A stretch of 64,000 nt of DNA, taken from NCBI GenBank assembly GCA_045807565.1, contig JBJMHD010000019.1, positions 12,194 to 76,193 of the forward strand, given 5' to 3'. Position numbers and translations under genes: made by a program. The notes under the pieces were generated by a model. The model had not been told where the DNA came from. It saw only the letters and a list, made by a program, of their open reading frames with translations, and did not search any database. Positions 37,218 to 46,594 of the stretch are shown piece after piece (positions within the stretch are counted from its first letter, which is position 1; each line of letters starts with the position of its first letter). This DNA comes from Acidimicrobiales bacterium. GTDB taxonomy: Bacteria > Actinomycetota > Acidimicrobiia > Acidimicrobiales > VFJN01.

Positions 37218-38324
37218 ATGACCACCACCCCAGACCCCACCACCAGCTCCGTCGACGAGGAGGCGCTGGGCGCCTATGCGGAGGGCCTCTTCGGCGCCGG
37301 CCTGCAGACCATGGAGCTCGTCCTCGTGCACCTCGGCCGGCGGCTCGGCCTCTACGAGGCGCTCCGGGGCACGCCGAGCACCGCCGGCGAGCTGGCCCAG
37401 GCCACCGGCATCGACGAGCGCTACGCCCGCGAGTGGCTCGAGCAGCAGGCCATGGCCGGCACCGTCACCGTCGGCGACCCGACGGCCCCTCCCGCGGCGC
37501 GACGCTTCGCGCTGCCCGAGGAGCACGCCATCGTGCTGCTCGACGAGGAGCACCCCGCCTACTCCGGCGCCCTGGCCGACGCCTTCACGCCGATCGCGCG
37601 CACCTTCGAGGCGCTCCTCGGCGCCTTCCGAGCTGGCACCGGCGTGCCGTTCGCCGAGTACCACCTGCACGACATGCAGGCGGGGTTCACCCGCCCCATG
37701 TTCGCCAACGAGCTGGTGTCGGCCTGGCTCCCGGCGCTGCCCGACGTCCACGCCCGGCTCGAGGCGGGGGAGGCGCTGCGCGTCGCCGACATCGGCTGCG
37801 GGGAGGGCTGGGCGGCGATCTACCTGGCCGAGGCGTACCCGAACGTCGAGGTGGACGGGTACGACCTCGACGACGCGTCCGTCGCCGCTGCCCGCAAGCA
37901 CGCCTCCGACCGTGGCGTCGCCGACCGCGTGCACTTCGAGGTGCAGGACGTCACCGCCGATCCCGGGCCGTCGGGGTACGACCTCGTGCTGGCGGTCGAG
38001 GTCATCCACGACCTGGCGGATCCCGTCGACGTCCTCGCCGCGATGGACCGCATCTCGCGCCCGGGCGGAGCGGTGCTCATCGTCGACGAGAACGCGGCCG
38101 AGACGTTCACCCCCGACCCGGAGGATCCGATCCAGCGGCTGCTCTACGCCTTCAGCGTCCTGCACTGCCTGCCGGCCGGTCGCACCCACGAGCACTCCGC
38201 CGCCACGGGGACGGTGATGCGCCCCGACACGTTCGCCGGCTACGCGACCGCGGCGGGGTTCAGCGACGTCACCGTGCTCCCGGTGGACCACCCCATCTTC
38301 CGCTTCTACCGGCTGGGCCGCTGA
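37218..38324 (+). CDS. Class I SAM-dependent methyltransferase with an N-terminal winged-helix-like domain
   Basis: The N-terminal LGLYEALRG.PSTAGELAQATGIDERYAREWLEQQA resembles a wHTH/dimerisation domain. SAM motif I is VADIGCGEGWAAIYLA. Start taken at ATG 37218. Confidence 0.8.
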   Translation: MTTTPDPTTSSVDEEALGAYAEGLFGAGLQTMELVLVHLGRRLGLYEALRGTPSTAGELAQATGIDERYAREWLEQQAMAGTVTVGDPTAPPAARRFALPEEHAIVLLDEEHPAYSGALADAFTPIARTFEALLGAFRAGTGVPFAEYHLHDMQAGFTRPMFANELVSAWLPALPDVHARLEAGEALRVADIGCGEGWAAIYLAEAYPNVEVDGYDLDDASVAAARKHASDRGVADRVHFEVQDVTADPGPSGYDLVLAVEVIHDLADPVDVLAAMDRISRPGGAVLIVDENAAETFTPDPEDPIQRLLYAFSVLHCLPAGRTHEHSAATGTVMRPDTFAGYATAAGFSDVTVLPVDHPIFRFYRLGR

Positions 38325-38325
38325 C

Positions 38326-39132
38326 ATGCGCTCGTCCACGCTCGAGCGGGTCGAGACCGGATGGCTCGATGACACGCCCTTCGACGACAACGTGATCCGC
38401 CAGTTCGTGCGGAACCAGGGCGACCTGTGCGTCGTCCAGGCGCAAGCGAGCGGTGGGCGGGGCGGGGAGGCGCCCGGCGTCGTGCTGAGCGACGCGGGCG
38501 CAGACCTCCTCTACTGGAACCAAGCCGTGCTGCAACGGCCCCTCGCCCACGACGGCGACGAGCTCCTCGACTGCATCGACGACTTCTGGGCGGGCGAGGG
38601 TGCCCGGCCGAGCACCCTCCTGTCGGTCTGGCCGACGCCGGACCTCAGCGCTCGCGGCTGGCAGCTCGTCGGCCACCCGATGCTCGTCGTGCGTGCCCCT
38701 GGCGCCCACCCCACGGCATCGAAGCCCGGCGTCCGCATCGAGCGGGTGACCACGCCCGAGCAGATGGGCCTCGTGGAGCGCACCGTCATCGACGGGTACC
38801 CCATGCCGGAGCTGGCCGGCCGTCCGACGGGAGCGGTCATGCCGTCCGCGCTCCTCGACACGGACGTGGTCGTGCGGCTCGGGTACGTCGACGACGAACC
38901 CGCCGCCGCGACGCTGGGCTTCTCGGGCCGCGGCGTGGTGAACCTGTGCCTCGCCGCCACCCTGCCGAACGCCCGGCGCCGCGGCGTGTGGGCAGCGATG
39001 GTGTGGGCCCGGGTCGACGACGCCCCGGACCTGCCGGCCGTCGCCTACACCAGCGACCACAGCCGGCCGGGCTTCGTGAGGATGGGGTTCCTGCCCGTCA
39101 CCCGCTGCACGCTCTGGGCTCGCGGCGGCTGA
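38326..39132 (+). CDS. Probable GNAT-family N-acetyltransferase
   Basis: The C-terminal half carries a GNAT-like acetyl-CoA motif context (LCLAATLPNARRRGVWAAMV). It starts 1 nt after the methyltransferase stop. Assignment is moderate. Confidence 0.55.
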   Translation: MRSSTLERVETGWLDDTPFDDNVIRQFVRNQGDLCVVQAQASGGRGGEAPGVVLSDAGADLLYWNQAVLQRPLAHDGDELLDCIDDFWAGEGARPSTLLSVWPTPDLSARGWQLVGHPMLVVRAPGAHPTASKPGVRIERVTTPEQMGLVERTVIDGYPMPELAGRPTGAVMPSALLDTDVVVRLGYVDDEPAAATLGFSGRGVVNLCLAATLPNARRRGVWAAMVWARVDDAPDLPAVAYTSDHSRPGFVRMGFLPVTRCTLWARGG

Positions 39133-39212
39133 CGGCACGGCTCGCTCAGGCTCAGCGCCCGACGCGCCGATGAGGTGGAGGGTGCTGGTCCACGGGAAGG
39201 TGGCTTCGTAGC

Positions 39213-40601
39213 ATGCCGGCGGTGGCTGGGTGGCGGGGACGACGGGATGACGAGGGCACGGCGCGCGATGAGGCGTCGGCTGACCGGCGCGCGCTCTTCG
39301 ACGCGCAGGCGTTCCAGCGGGCGGCCCTCGATGCCCTCGATCAGGGCATCGCGATGTCCGATCTCCAGGGCAAGGTGCTGCTCCTCAACCGCACCGGAGA
39401 GGAGCTCCTCGGGCTGAGGGCCGACGAGGTCACCGAGCGGGTGCTGTCGGGTGAGTGGGTGACCTACGACGAGGAAGGTGAGGTGCTGCCCGCGGAGCTC
39501 CGGCCCAACGTGCGCACGCTGCTGCTGGGCGAGTCCGTCCGGCAGGAGGCCATCGGGTGGCGGCGGGGTGACGGCAAGCTGCGCATCTACAGCGTGTCCA
39601 CCGAGTCCATCCTCGGCCCGGATGGCGAGCGGACCGGGATCGTGACCGCCTTCCACGACATCACGGACCAGCGCCGCGCCGAGCGGCGCCAGCGCATCGC
39701 CGAGGCGGCCCTGGAGTCGGAGCGGGCTCGGTTCTCGGCGCTGGTGGAGCGGTCGAGCGATTTCATCTGCATCATCGACACCGCCGGAGAGATCACCTAC
39801 GCCAGCCCGGCGGGGGGCCGCCTCCTCGGGTACCCGGCCGGCGTGGGGCTCGGCACGTCCTTCGCTGATCTGGTCCACCACGAGGACCTGCCCTCCTTCG
39901 ACGCCACCTTCGCCGAGCTCAGCCGCCAGCCCGGCGGCTCGTGCTCGGTGATGGCCCGCTTGAAGACGGCGGACGGGAGCTGGCTGCACACGGAGGTCGT
40001 GGCCACCAACCGCCTGCAGGACCCCGCGGTGCAGGGGTTCGTGGCCAACGTCCGGGACGTCACCGAGCGGGCGCAGGCCGCGGCGCTGCTCTCCTGGCAG
40101 GCCTTCCACGATCCGCTCACCGGACTGCCGAACCGGCCGCTCCTGCTCGACCGGCTCCCGCCCGCCCTGGATCGCTGCCGGCGGCGCGGGTCGAGGGTGG
40201 TGCTCTTCTTCGTCGACCTCGACGGCTTCAAGGCCGTGAACGACAACCACGGCCACCACGCCGGCGACCTCCTCCTCGTGGAGGTCGCCCGGCGGTTCGA
40301 GGGCACGGTCCGCGCCCACGACACCGTGGCCCGCTTCGGCGGCGACGAGTTCGTGATCCTCGCCGAGGACCTCACCTCGGACGACGAAGCGCTTCGGGTC
40401 GCGGAGCGGCTGAACGGAGTGCTGGAGGCACCGATCGTGCTCCCGAGCGGGTCGGTCCGCGTGAGCGCATCGGTGGGGATCGCCTTCAGCGACGAGCACG
40501 ACGCGGACGCCCTGCTCCTCGCCGCCGATGTGGCCCTCTACCGGGCCAAGGCGGCAGGCAAGGCCCGCTACGTGATCCACGGCGTCGACGCCCCCGCCTG
40601 A
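39213..40601 (+). CDS. PAS-PAS-GGDEF diguanylate cyclase
   Basis: Two PAS-like modules, then DPLTGLPNR, FVDLDGFKAVNDNHGH and RFGGDEF, with the I-site RAHD five residues upstream. Confidence 0.85.
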   Translation: MPAVAGWRGRRDDEGTARDEASADRRALFDAQAFQRAALDALDQGIAMSDLQGKVLLLNRTGEELLGLRADEVTERVLSGEWVTYDEEGEVLPAELRPNVRTLLLGESVRQEAIGWRRGDGKLRIYSVSTESILGPDGERTGIVTAFHDITDQRRAERRQRIAEAALESERARFSALVERSSDFICIIDTAGEITYASPAGGRLLGYPAGVGLGTSFADLVHHEDLPSFDATFAELSRQPGGSCSVMARLKTADGSWLHTEVVATNRLQDPAVQGFVANVRDVTERAQAAALLSWQAFHDPLTGLPNRPLLLDRLPPALDRCRRRGSRVVLFFVDLDGFKAVNDNHGHHAGDLLLVEVARRFEGTVRAHDTVARFGGDEFVILAEDLTSDDEALRVAERLNGVLEAPIVLPSGSVRVSASVGIAFSDEHDADALLLAADVALYRAKAAGKARYVIHGVDAPA

Positions 40602-40671
40602 CGCCACCGCCCGAGGTCGCGGAGCAGGATCTCGGGGCCCGCTCCTCGAACTGGGCACCCCGCATGCCAGG

Positions 40672-41976
40672 ATGAGCCGTGCCGCTGGGTCTCGAGACGT
40701 CCTGCTCGATGACGATGGATCCCGTACGGGTCGGATTGTGAGCACATCGGTGTCTGGGGACACGACCAACGACGAGGTGGCCGCGGCGGTGATGCACGCG
40801 ATGGCCGACCCGGTGATCGCCGTCGGGTCCGACACGACCCTGCTGTGGGCCAACCGGGCGGCCGAGGAGCGCTACGGCGCACCCCTGGGACCGCTCCTCG
40901 GTCACACGGTCGCCGAGCTCGTCCACGCGGACGACCTCGACACCGCTCTGCTCTCGATGGTGTCCGTTCTGGAGAAGTCGACGGGGACCCTCGTGGAGCT
41001 CCGGGTGCGCGACGTGTCGGGCGAGTACTCCTCGTTCGAGGTGCGCGGGCGCGGCTGGGCCGCGGGGCCCGACGGCTCGGTGGTGCTCACGCTCCGCGAG
41101 ATCACCGATCGACGCCACTGGGAGATCAGCCATGGCGACCGCGAGATGCTGGGCGCGGTGCTCGATCACCTCCCGGTGATCGCCTTGCTCGTGGACGCCG
41201 ACGGCATCCTCCGGGGAGCCAACCGAGCACTGACCCGGACGTTGCGCCTGGACCTGGAGCGCGCCCGGGGCAACCCCGTCACCGAGCTGGTGGCTCCCGA
41301 CGAGGTGGAGCGCGTCGCGCGCGAGCTACGGGACGCCACCACCTCGTCGCGCACCACCCACCTCGAGGCGAGGCTGTGCCGGGTCGACGGCAGCGAGGTG
41401 CCGGTGGCGTTGAGCGTCGTCAACCTGCTCGACGACCGCGCCGTGCAGGGCCTCCTCATCACGGCGTCCGACATCACCTCCCTGGTGCTCGCGCGCCGCG
41501 AGCTCCACCGGCGAGCCAGCACCGACGACCTCACGGAGCTGCCGAACCGGGCGATCCTCCGCGATCACCTCGAGCGGGTGCTGGCCGCCGGCGACCCCGA
41601 CCACACCGTGCTCTTCGCCGACGTCGACGACCTGAAGGGCGTCAACGACCGCTTCGGGCACCGGGCGGGCGACACCGTGCTGCGGGCCGTCGCCCGGCGC
41701 CTCCAGGCCGCCACCCGCGGCGGCGACCTCGTGGCTCGGATCTCCGGCGACGAGTTCGTGGTGGTCGTGGCCACCGCCGATCCCGCGACGGTGGAGGCGC
41801 TGGTCGACCGCATCATGGCCGTGATGGCTGAGCCGGTGGCACTGATCGACGGGCGCCGCGTCCCGGTGTCCATCAGCGTCGGCATCGCCGACGTGACGCC
41901 GAACCTCACCGCCGACGATCTGCTCGCCGCTGCCGACGCCGCCATGTATGTCGCCAAGCGCGATCGCGACGCCTGA
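40672..41976 (+). CDS. PAS-PAS-GGDEF-type diguanylate cyclase with an SGDEF active-site variant
   Basis: DDLTELPNR, FADVDDLKGVNDRFGH and RISGDEF, with the I-site RGGD five residues upstream. Confidence 0.85.
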   Translation: MSRAAGSRDVLLDDDGSRTGRIVSTSVSGDTTNDEVAAAVMHAMADPVIAVGSDTTLLWANRAAEERYGAPLGPLLGHTVAELVHADDLDTALLSMVSVLEKSTGTLVELRVRDVSGEYSSFEVRGRGWAAGPDGSVVLTLREITDRRHWEISHGDREMLGAVLDHLPVIALLVDADGILRGANRALTRTLRLDLERARGNPVTELVAPDEVERVARELRDATTSSRTTHLEARLCRVDGSEVPVALSVVNLLDDRAVQGLLITASDITSLVLARRELHRRASTDDLTELPNRAILRDHLERVLAAGDPDHTVLFADVDDLKGVNDRFGHRAGDTVLRAVARRLQAATRGGDLVARISGDEFVVVVATADPATVEALVDRIMAVMAEPVALIDGRRVPVSISVGIADVTPNLTADDLLAAADAAMYVAKRDRDA

Positions 41977-42005
41977 CGCGCGCTCGCCGGGACGGCGTGC
42001 CGAGC

Positions 42006-42815
42006 TCAACCGTCCGGCGGGCTCTCCCGGGGGCGGGCGCCGGGTGCGCCGGTGCGCCAGCGCGAGGCCGCGATCGGGGGCCGCTCCGCCCGGCGGTAGT
42101 CCCCACGGCTGAGGTGGTGCTCCAGGAGCACCATCAGCACGATGTACGCGTAGCGGCTGCCCATCTCCTGCAGCTTCAGCTTGGACTCCCCGGCCTTGCG
42201 GTTGCGCCACGTGATGGGCACCACCGCGTACGAGCTGCCGCGGACGATCGCCTTCAGCGGCAGCTCCACGGTGAGGTTGAAGTGGTGGCTCACCAGCGGC
42301 TGGACGGACTCGATGACCTCCCGGCGATAGGCCTTGAACGCGTTGGTGGTGTCGTTGAGGCCGTGGCCGAACAGCACGCGGATCCCCAGGTTCGCGATGC
42401 GGTTGACCAGGAGCTTGGGGCCGGGGTAGTCGATGGTCTGCCCGCCGGTGATGAACCGTGAACCGAACGCGCAGTCGTAGCCGGCCTCGAGCAGGTGGAA
42501 GTAGGCGACGAGGTCCTCGGGGTCGTCGGAGAGGTCGGCCATCATGATCGCGACGGCGTCGCCCGTGAACTGCTCCAGGCCCGCCCGCACGGCCATGCCG
42601 AACCCGTTCGAGTAGGGCGACGCCAGGTACCGGACCGTCGGCCGCTCGGCGGCGAGGTCCTGGACGATCACCGCCGTGCTGTCGGTGGAGTGGTCGTCGA
42701 CGCACACCACCTCGTGGTCGATCCCCTCGCGCTCGAGCCGCAGGACGATGCTCGTGATCGTCTCCGCGATCGAGCCCTCCTCGTTGTGGGCGGGGATGAC
42801 GACCGAGAGCTTCAC
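42006..42815 (-). CDS. GT2-family glycosyltransferase, polyprenyl-phosphate sugar synthase-like (Dpm1/GtrB/ArnC/PpgS type)
   Basis: LSVVIPAHNEEGSI, VCVDDHSTDST, MMADLSDDPED and NAFKAYRRE. GTG 42815 overlaps the epimerase stop (GTGA). Confidence 0.85.
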   Translation of the reverse strand: MKLSVVIPAHNEEGSIAETITSIVLRLEREGIDHEVVCVDDHSTDSTAVIVQDLAAERPTVRYLASPYSNGFGMAVRAGLEQFTGDAVAIMMADLSDDPEDLVAYFHLLEAGYDCAFGSRFITGGQTIDYPGPKLLVNRIANLGIRVLFGHGLNDTTNAFKAYRREVIESVQPLVSHHFNLTVELPLKAIVRGSSYAVVPITWRNRKAGESKLKLQEMGSRYAYIVLMVLLEHHLSRGDYRRAERPPIAASRWRTGAPGARPRESPPDG

Positions 42816-43852
42816 AGGGTCGCCCGGACGAGCTCGTCGTGATCCACGATCCAGCGGTAGATGTCCGTCAACACGTCCGAGGCGGTCCTCTGCGGCCGCC
42901 AATCGGTGTGGGCATGGATGGCGCGGCAGTCGGAGAGGTACCCCCGCACGTCGCCGGTGCGCTGCTCGAGCACCGCACCGACCGGGAGGTCGATGCCCGT
43001 GATCTCGTGGCACAGGCGCGTCGTCTCGAGCAACGAGAGGCTGCACGGCACGCCGCCGCCGACGTTGAAGACCCGGCCCGACCAGTGGGCGGGATCGAGC
43101 AGCTGCCGGTCGACCAGGTCCACGAGGTCGTCGACGTGGAGGAGGTCTCGCACCTGCTTGCCGGTGCCGCCGTAGCCCAGGTAGGCCAGCGGGCGTCGGA
43201 GGTGGTGGCTGAGCACCCAGTGGGTGAACACGCCCTGGTCGACCTTGCCCATCTGCCAGGGGCCGGCGATCACGCCGCACCGGTTGGTGACGTGCGGGAC
43301 GTCGTACTCCGCCAACAGGACCTCGGCGGCCAGCTTCGAGGCGCCGTAGATCGTGCGACGCCCGGCGAGGGGGAGCTCCTCGGAGATGCCCTCGGCCGAT
43401 GCGCCCGCGACCTCCTGCTCGGCGGCGAGCTCGAACCGGGTGTCGGCCTCGGTCCACCGCAACGCTTCCACGGCCTCGACGGGGTAGACGCGGCTGGTGG
43501 ACAGGAAGACGATCTGCGCCGACCGTTCGCGGGCCGCCTCGAAGCAGTGGTACGCACCCATCAGGTTCACGGGGACGGTCTCGGCGCTCCCCGCGAGCAC
43601 GGAAGGCTCGGCCGAGCACTCCACGATGGCGTCGAAGTCGCCGGTGCCGTGCAGGTCGGCCGGTTGCCGGACGTCGCCGTGGAGGAACTCGACGCCGGCG
43701 TCCCGGAGGCGCGGCAGGTTCAGCTCGCTGCCGCGCCGGTAGAGGTTGTCCAACGCGACGACCTGCCAGTCGGGATGGCGGGATCGCAGCTGCACGGCGA
43801 GGTTCGACCCGACGAACCCTGCCCCACCCGTGATCAGCACCCGGGAGCTCAC
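42812..43852 (-). CDS. NAD-dependent nucleotide-sugar epimerase/dehydratase (SDR extended family)
   Basis: VLITGGAGFVGSNL Rossmann motif, and YGASKLAAE as the catalytic YxxxK. Confidence 0.85.
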   Translation of the reverse strand: MSSRVLITGGAGFVGSNLAVQLRSRHPDWQVVALDNLYRRGSELNLPRLRDAGVEFLHGDVRQPADLHGTGDFDAIVECSAEPSVLAGSAETVPVNLMGAYHCFEAARERSAQIVFLSTSRVYPVEAVEALRWTEADTRFELAAEQEVAGASAEGISEELPLAGRRTIYGASKLAAEVLLAEYDVPHVTNRCGVIAGPWQMGKVDQGVFTHWVLSHHLRRPLAYLGYGGTGKQVRDLLHVDDLVDLVDRQLLDPAHWSGRVFNVGGGVPCSLSLLETTRLCHEITGIDLPVGAVLEQRTGDVRGYLSDCRAIHAHTDWRPQRTASDVLTDIYRWIVDHDELVRATL

Positions 43853-43868
43853 CGGGCCACCTCCGCCG

Positions 43869-45818
43869 TCATCCGAGCGGCACCCGGTAGAAGCGGACCT
43901 CGATCGGCCCGGTGACGAACTCGAAGCGGATGTCTCGGACGCCGAGCTCGCCCCCCCCGAGCGCCCGTCCCTCGGCGCGCGCCGGCCGTCGGACCACGTG
44001 CGGAGCGGCGGCGGTGGTCGTCAGGAACCGGTACGGCCGCCCGTTCAGCACCGCCGTGGGGTACGACCGCCCTCGCGCCACGAGGTCGAGGGCGCGGGCA
44101 CGCGCCGACGGCTCGAGGCCGAAGGTGGCGATGACGAGCTCGTCCGGACCCCCTTCCGGGACCTGGATCACGTCCCCGGGGTCGGCGTCGACGGTCTCGA
44201 TCAGCTCGGGGTCCCCGCAGATGTCGGAGCGGCGCACCAACACCGACCACTTGCCCTCGTTGTCGGCCACCGCGAACGAGCACGAGATGGCGAGCTGCGT
44301 CTCGGGCGGGTCCCAGTGGCGGAAGCGGCTGTCGATCGCCGAAGAGAACCACAGGATCGCATCCGGACCTCGCTCCTCGTCGCGGAGGTCCGCGGCGTCG
44401 CGCTCGTCGAGCCACGGCGTGTAGGCGGAGTAGCCCTGGAGCACGGGGATGGGGTCCCACTCGATCCCGTTCGCCCAGAGCGCCGCGATGTCCCACTGGT
44501 CGGCGTACACCCGCCGACCGTCGAGCGCCTCCGTCAAGCGGGGGTCCAGGCCCCTCGTGGCGTAGTACTCCCTGAGCTCGCGCTGCTCGCGCTCGACGTG
44601 GCGCTCGAGCTGCGTGGGGCTGATGACCGATTGCACCGCGGCGGCCACCTCGCCGGGCTGGTCCGCCCGATCCGCGGCGGCGCTGTCGAGGCCGGTGGGA
44701 GCACCCTTCGAGTCGGCGAGCAGCGCCAGGATGGTCAGGACGACCACGCCCGCACCGGCGACGCGCCACCGCGGGGCCGCTGTCGCGGACACCGTGAGCG
44801 CCGCCAGCATGACGAGCGCGAACGGCACGTGCTGGGCGTCGGGCCGCACGAACCCCGCCTTCAGCGAGAGCCACCCCATCGCACCGACCAGCGCGAGCTC
44901 CGGCCACTGCGCTCGGAGGCCGTTCCTCCTCGTTCGGACGACCTCGGCGACGGCCAGCACGACCGCGAGCACGGCGACCACCGCCAGCTGGACCTGGGTC
45001 CATCGGGTGAGGGTGCCCTTCGCCATGGCGCTGCCGTAGCTCCGACTGATCTCCCAGCCGCCTCGCAGCCAGGTGACCAGGCCGCTGAGCCCGCCTTCGA
45101 GGACGAGCCACGTGGTGAGGACCGCGGCCGCGAGGCCGGCGGCGCAGAAGAGCACGGAGCGCCACCACCGCGGGCCCCTGGCCCAGGCCAGCGCGAGCAG
45201 CCCGACGGGCACGAGCGCCGCCAGCCCTGCGCTGAACTTCGTGAGCAGCAGCGCGCCGGCGGCCCCGGCCAGGAGGAAGACCACGCGCTCCGACGGCGCC
45301 CGGTCCGTCTTGGAGGGCAGGCGGTTGAAGACGTCGATCGCCAACGCCACGGCAGCCAGCTCGGGCAGGTCGAGCGTGCCGGCCATGAGACCGAGCCCGA
45401 TGGCGAGGCCGACGGTCCACAGGAGGCGATCCCCACGGCACGCTCGCACGACCACGACGCTGAACCACACCGCGACGGCGATGTGGGTGACGAGGGCAAG
45501 GGCCAGCCAGAGCCGAGACATCGCCCACGTGGGCTCAGCGAGCAGACCGAGCGGGCCGTAGGAGAACAGCACGTCCGTCCCGAAGCGCAGCCCCTCGCTC
45601 CGCATCCAGCCGAGCCCGATCTCCCAGGACGGGTCGATGAGCATCGCTCGCTGCTCGAGGGGGTTGGTGGAGACGGCGAAGGTGAACGCCGACAGCGCGA
45701 CCACGCCGTGGAGCCATGCGTGCCGGCGGACGGGACGGCCCTCCCGCGTCGCTGGGTCGGGGCCCGCCTCGTCGACCCGTGCGTCGACCGGCCGCGCCTC
45801 CGCGGTCAGCTCCGGCAT
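43869..45818 (-). CDS. Uncharacterised 649-aa polytopic membrane protein with a roughly 220-aa C-terminal extracytoplasmic domain; candidate GT-C-type glycosyltransferase
   Basis: At least 10 hydrophobic segments in the first roughly 430 aa. The first-loop motif is GLRFGTDVLFSYGPLG. The soluble C-terminal domain includes ...YADQWDIAALWANGIEWDPIPVLQGYSAYTPWLD.... The GT-C call rests on operon context only. Confidence 0.65.
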   Translation of the reverse strand: MPELTAEARPVDARVDEAGPDPATREGRPVRRHAWLHGVVALSAFTFAVSTNPLEQRAMLIDPSWEIGLGWMRSEGLRFGTDVLFSYGPLGLLAEPTWAMSRLWLALALVTHIAVAVWFSVVVVRACRGDRLLWTVGLAIGLGLMAGTLDLPELAAVALAIDVFNRLPSKTDRAPSERVVFLLAGAAGALLLTKFSAGLAALVPVGLLALAWARGPRWWRSVLFCAAGLAAAVLTTWLVLEGGLSGLVTWLRGGWEISRSYGSAMAKGTLTRWTQVQLAVVAVLAVVLAVAEVVRTRRNGLRAQWPELALVGAMGWLSLKAGFVRPDAQHVPFALVMLAALTVSATAAPRWRVAGAGVVVLTILALLADSKGAPTGLDSAAADRADQPGEVAAAVQSVISPTQLERHVEREQRELREYYATRGLDPRLTEALDGRRVYADQWDIAALWANGIEWDPIPVLQGYSAYTPWLDERDAADLRDEERGPDAILWFSSAIDSRFRHWDPPETQLAISCSFAVADNEGKWSVLVRRSDICGDPELIETVDADPGDVIQVPEGGPDELVIATFGLEPSARARALDLVARGRSYPTAVLNGRPYRFLTTTAAAPHVVRRPARAEGRALGGGELGVRDIRFEFVTGPIEVRFYRVPLG

Positions 45819-45828
45819 CCGTGGGACG

Positions 45829-46533
45829 CTACTGCGAGCCCGCCCGACCGCTCACCATCTGCGGCTTCGCGGCCACGACCAGGAACTGCCCGCCGAGCAC
45901 GCGCCAGGCCGGGCGGAGGTGGAGGTAGGCGCGGATGGCGAGCGACGGCGCCGGTCGCTTGCCCGCCATGGTGAAGGGGAGGAACCGGGCGATCGACGAC
46001 TCGACCTCGAAGCCCGCCTGCTCGAGCGCTTCGACCATCGACCGGTCGGTGAGCGGGATCACGTGGTCGAGGAAGTCCCAGTAGGCGCCGCCGACGGCGC
46101 GGATGTTCGGCCCCAGGCAGACGATGCGGCCGCCTGGTCGCAGGCAGCGGTGCGCCTCCGCGAGGGTGTCCTCCAGGGCGTCGACGCTGGGCAGGTGCTC
46201 GAAGAAGTTGCTGGTGAACACGAGGTCCAGGTGGTCGTCCTCCAGGGGCCACCGCTCGTTCGCCGGCTGCTGGTGGAGCCGGACCTCAGGGTCCACGTGG
46301 CGGACCGAGTCGGGGTTGAGGTCGATGCCGTGGCGCTCGGGCACGGCCACCTGGTTGATGAAGTGCCCCCACCCGCACCCCAGGTCGAGCACGGACCCGA
46401 CGCCGTCCAGGTAGCGGTCGAAGTACGACGCCACGAGGACGCTCCACACGCGCGTGCGGCTGGCCTCCTCGGCCTCGAAGCGCCGCGCGTACTGCGAGGC
46501 GAGGCGTTCGTCGTCGTTGGTGCTCAAGGGCAC
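45829..46533 (-). CDS. Class I SAM-dependent methyltransferase
   Basis: SAM motif I is VLDLGCGWGHF. LDLVFTSNFFEHL and LRPGGRIV are also present. Start taken at GTG 46533; the ORF track begins at 46764. Confidence 0.75.
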   Translation of the reverse strand: MPLSTNDDERLASQYARRFEAEEASRTRVWSVLVASYFDRYLDGVGSVLDLGCGWGHFINQVAVPERHGIDLNPDSVRHVDPEVRLHQQPANERWPLEDDHLDLVFTSNFFEHLPSVDALEDTLAEAHRCLRPGGRIVCLGPNIRAVGGAYWDFLDHVIPLTDRSMVEALEQAGFEVESSIARFLPFTMAGKRPAPSLAIRAYLHLRPAWRVLGGQFLVVAAKPQMVSGRAGSQ

Positions 46534-46594
46534 GCAAGGTACCGGGCGAGGCGGACGGAGGGGACGTCCGCGCCGATAGCCTGGCCCGCACCCG

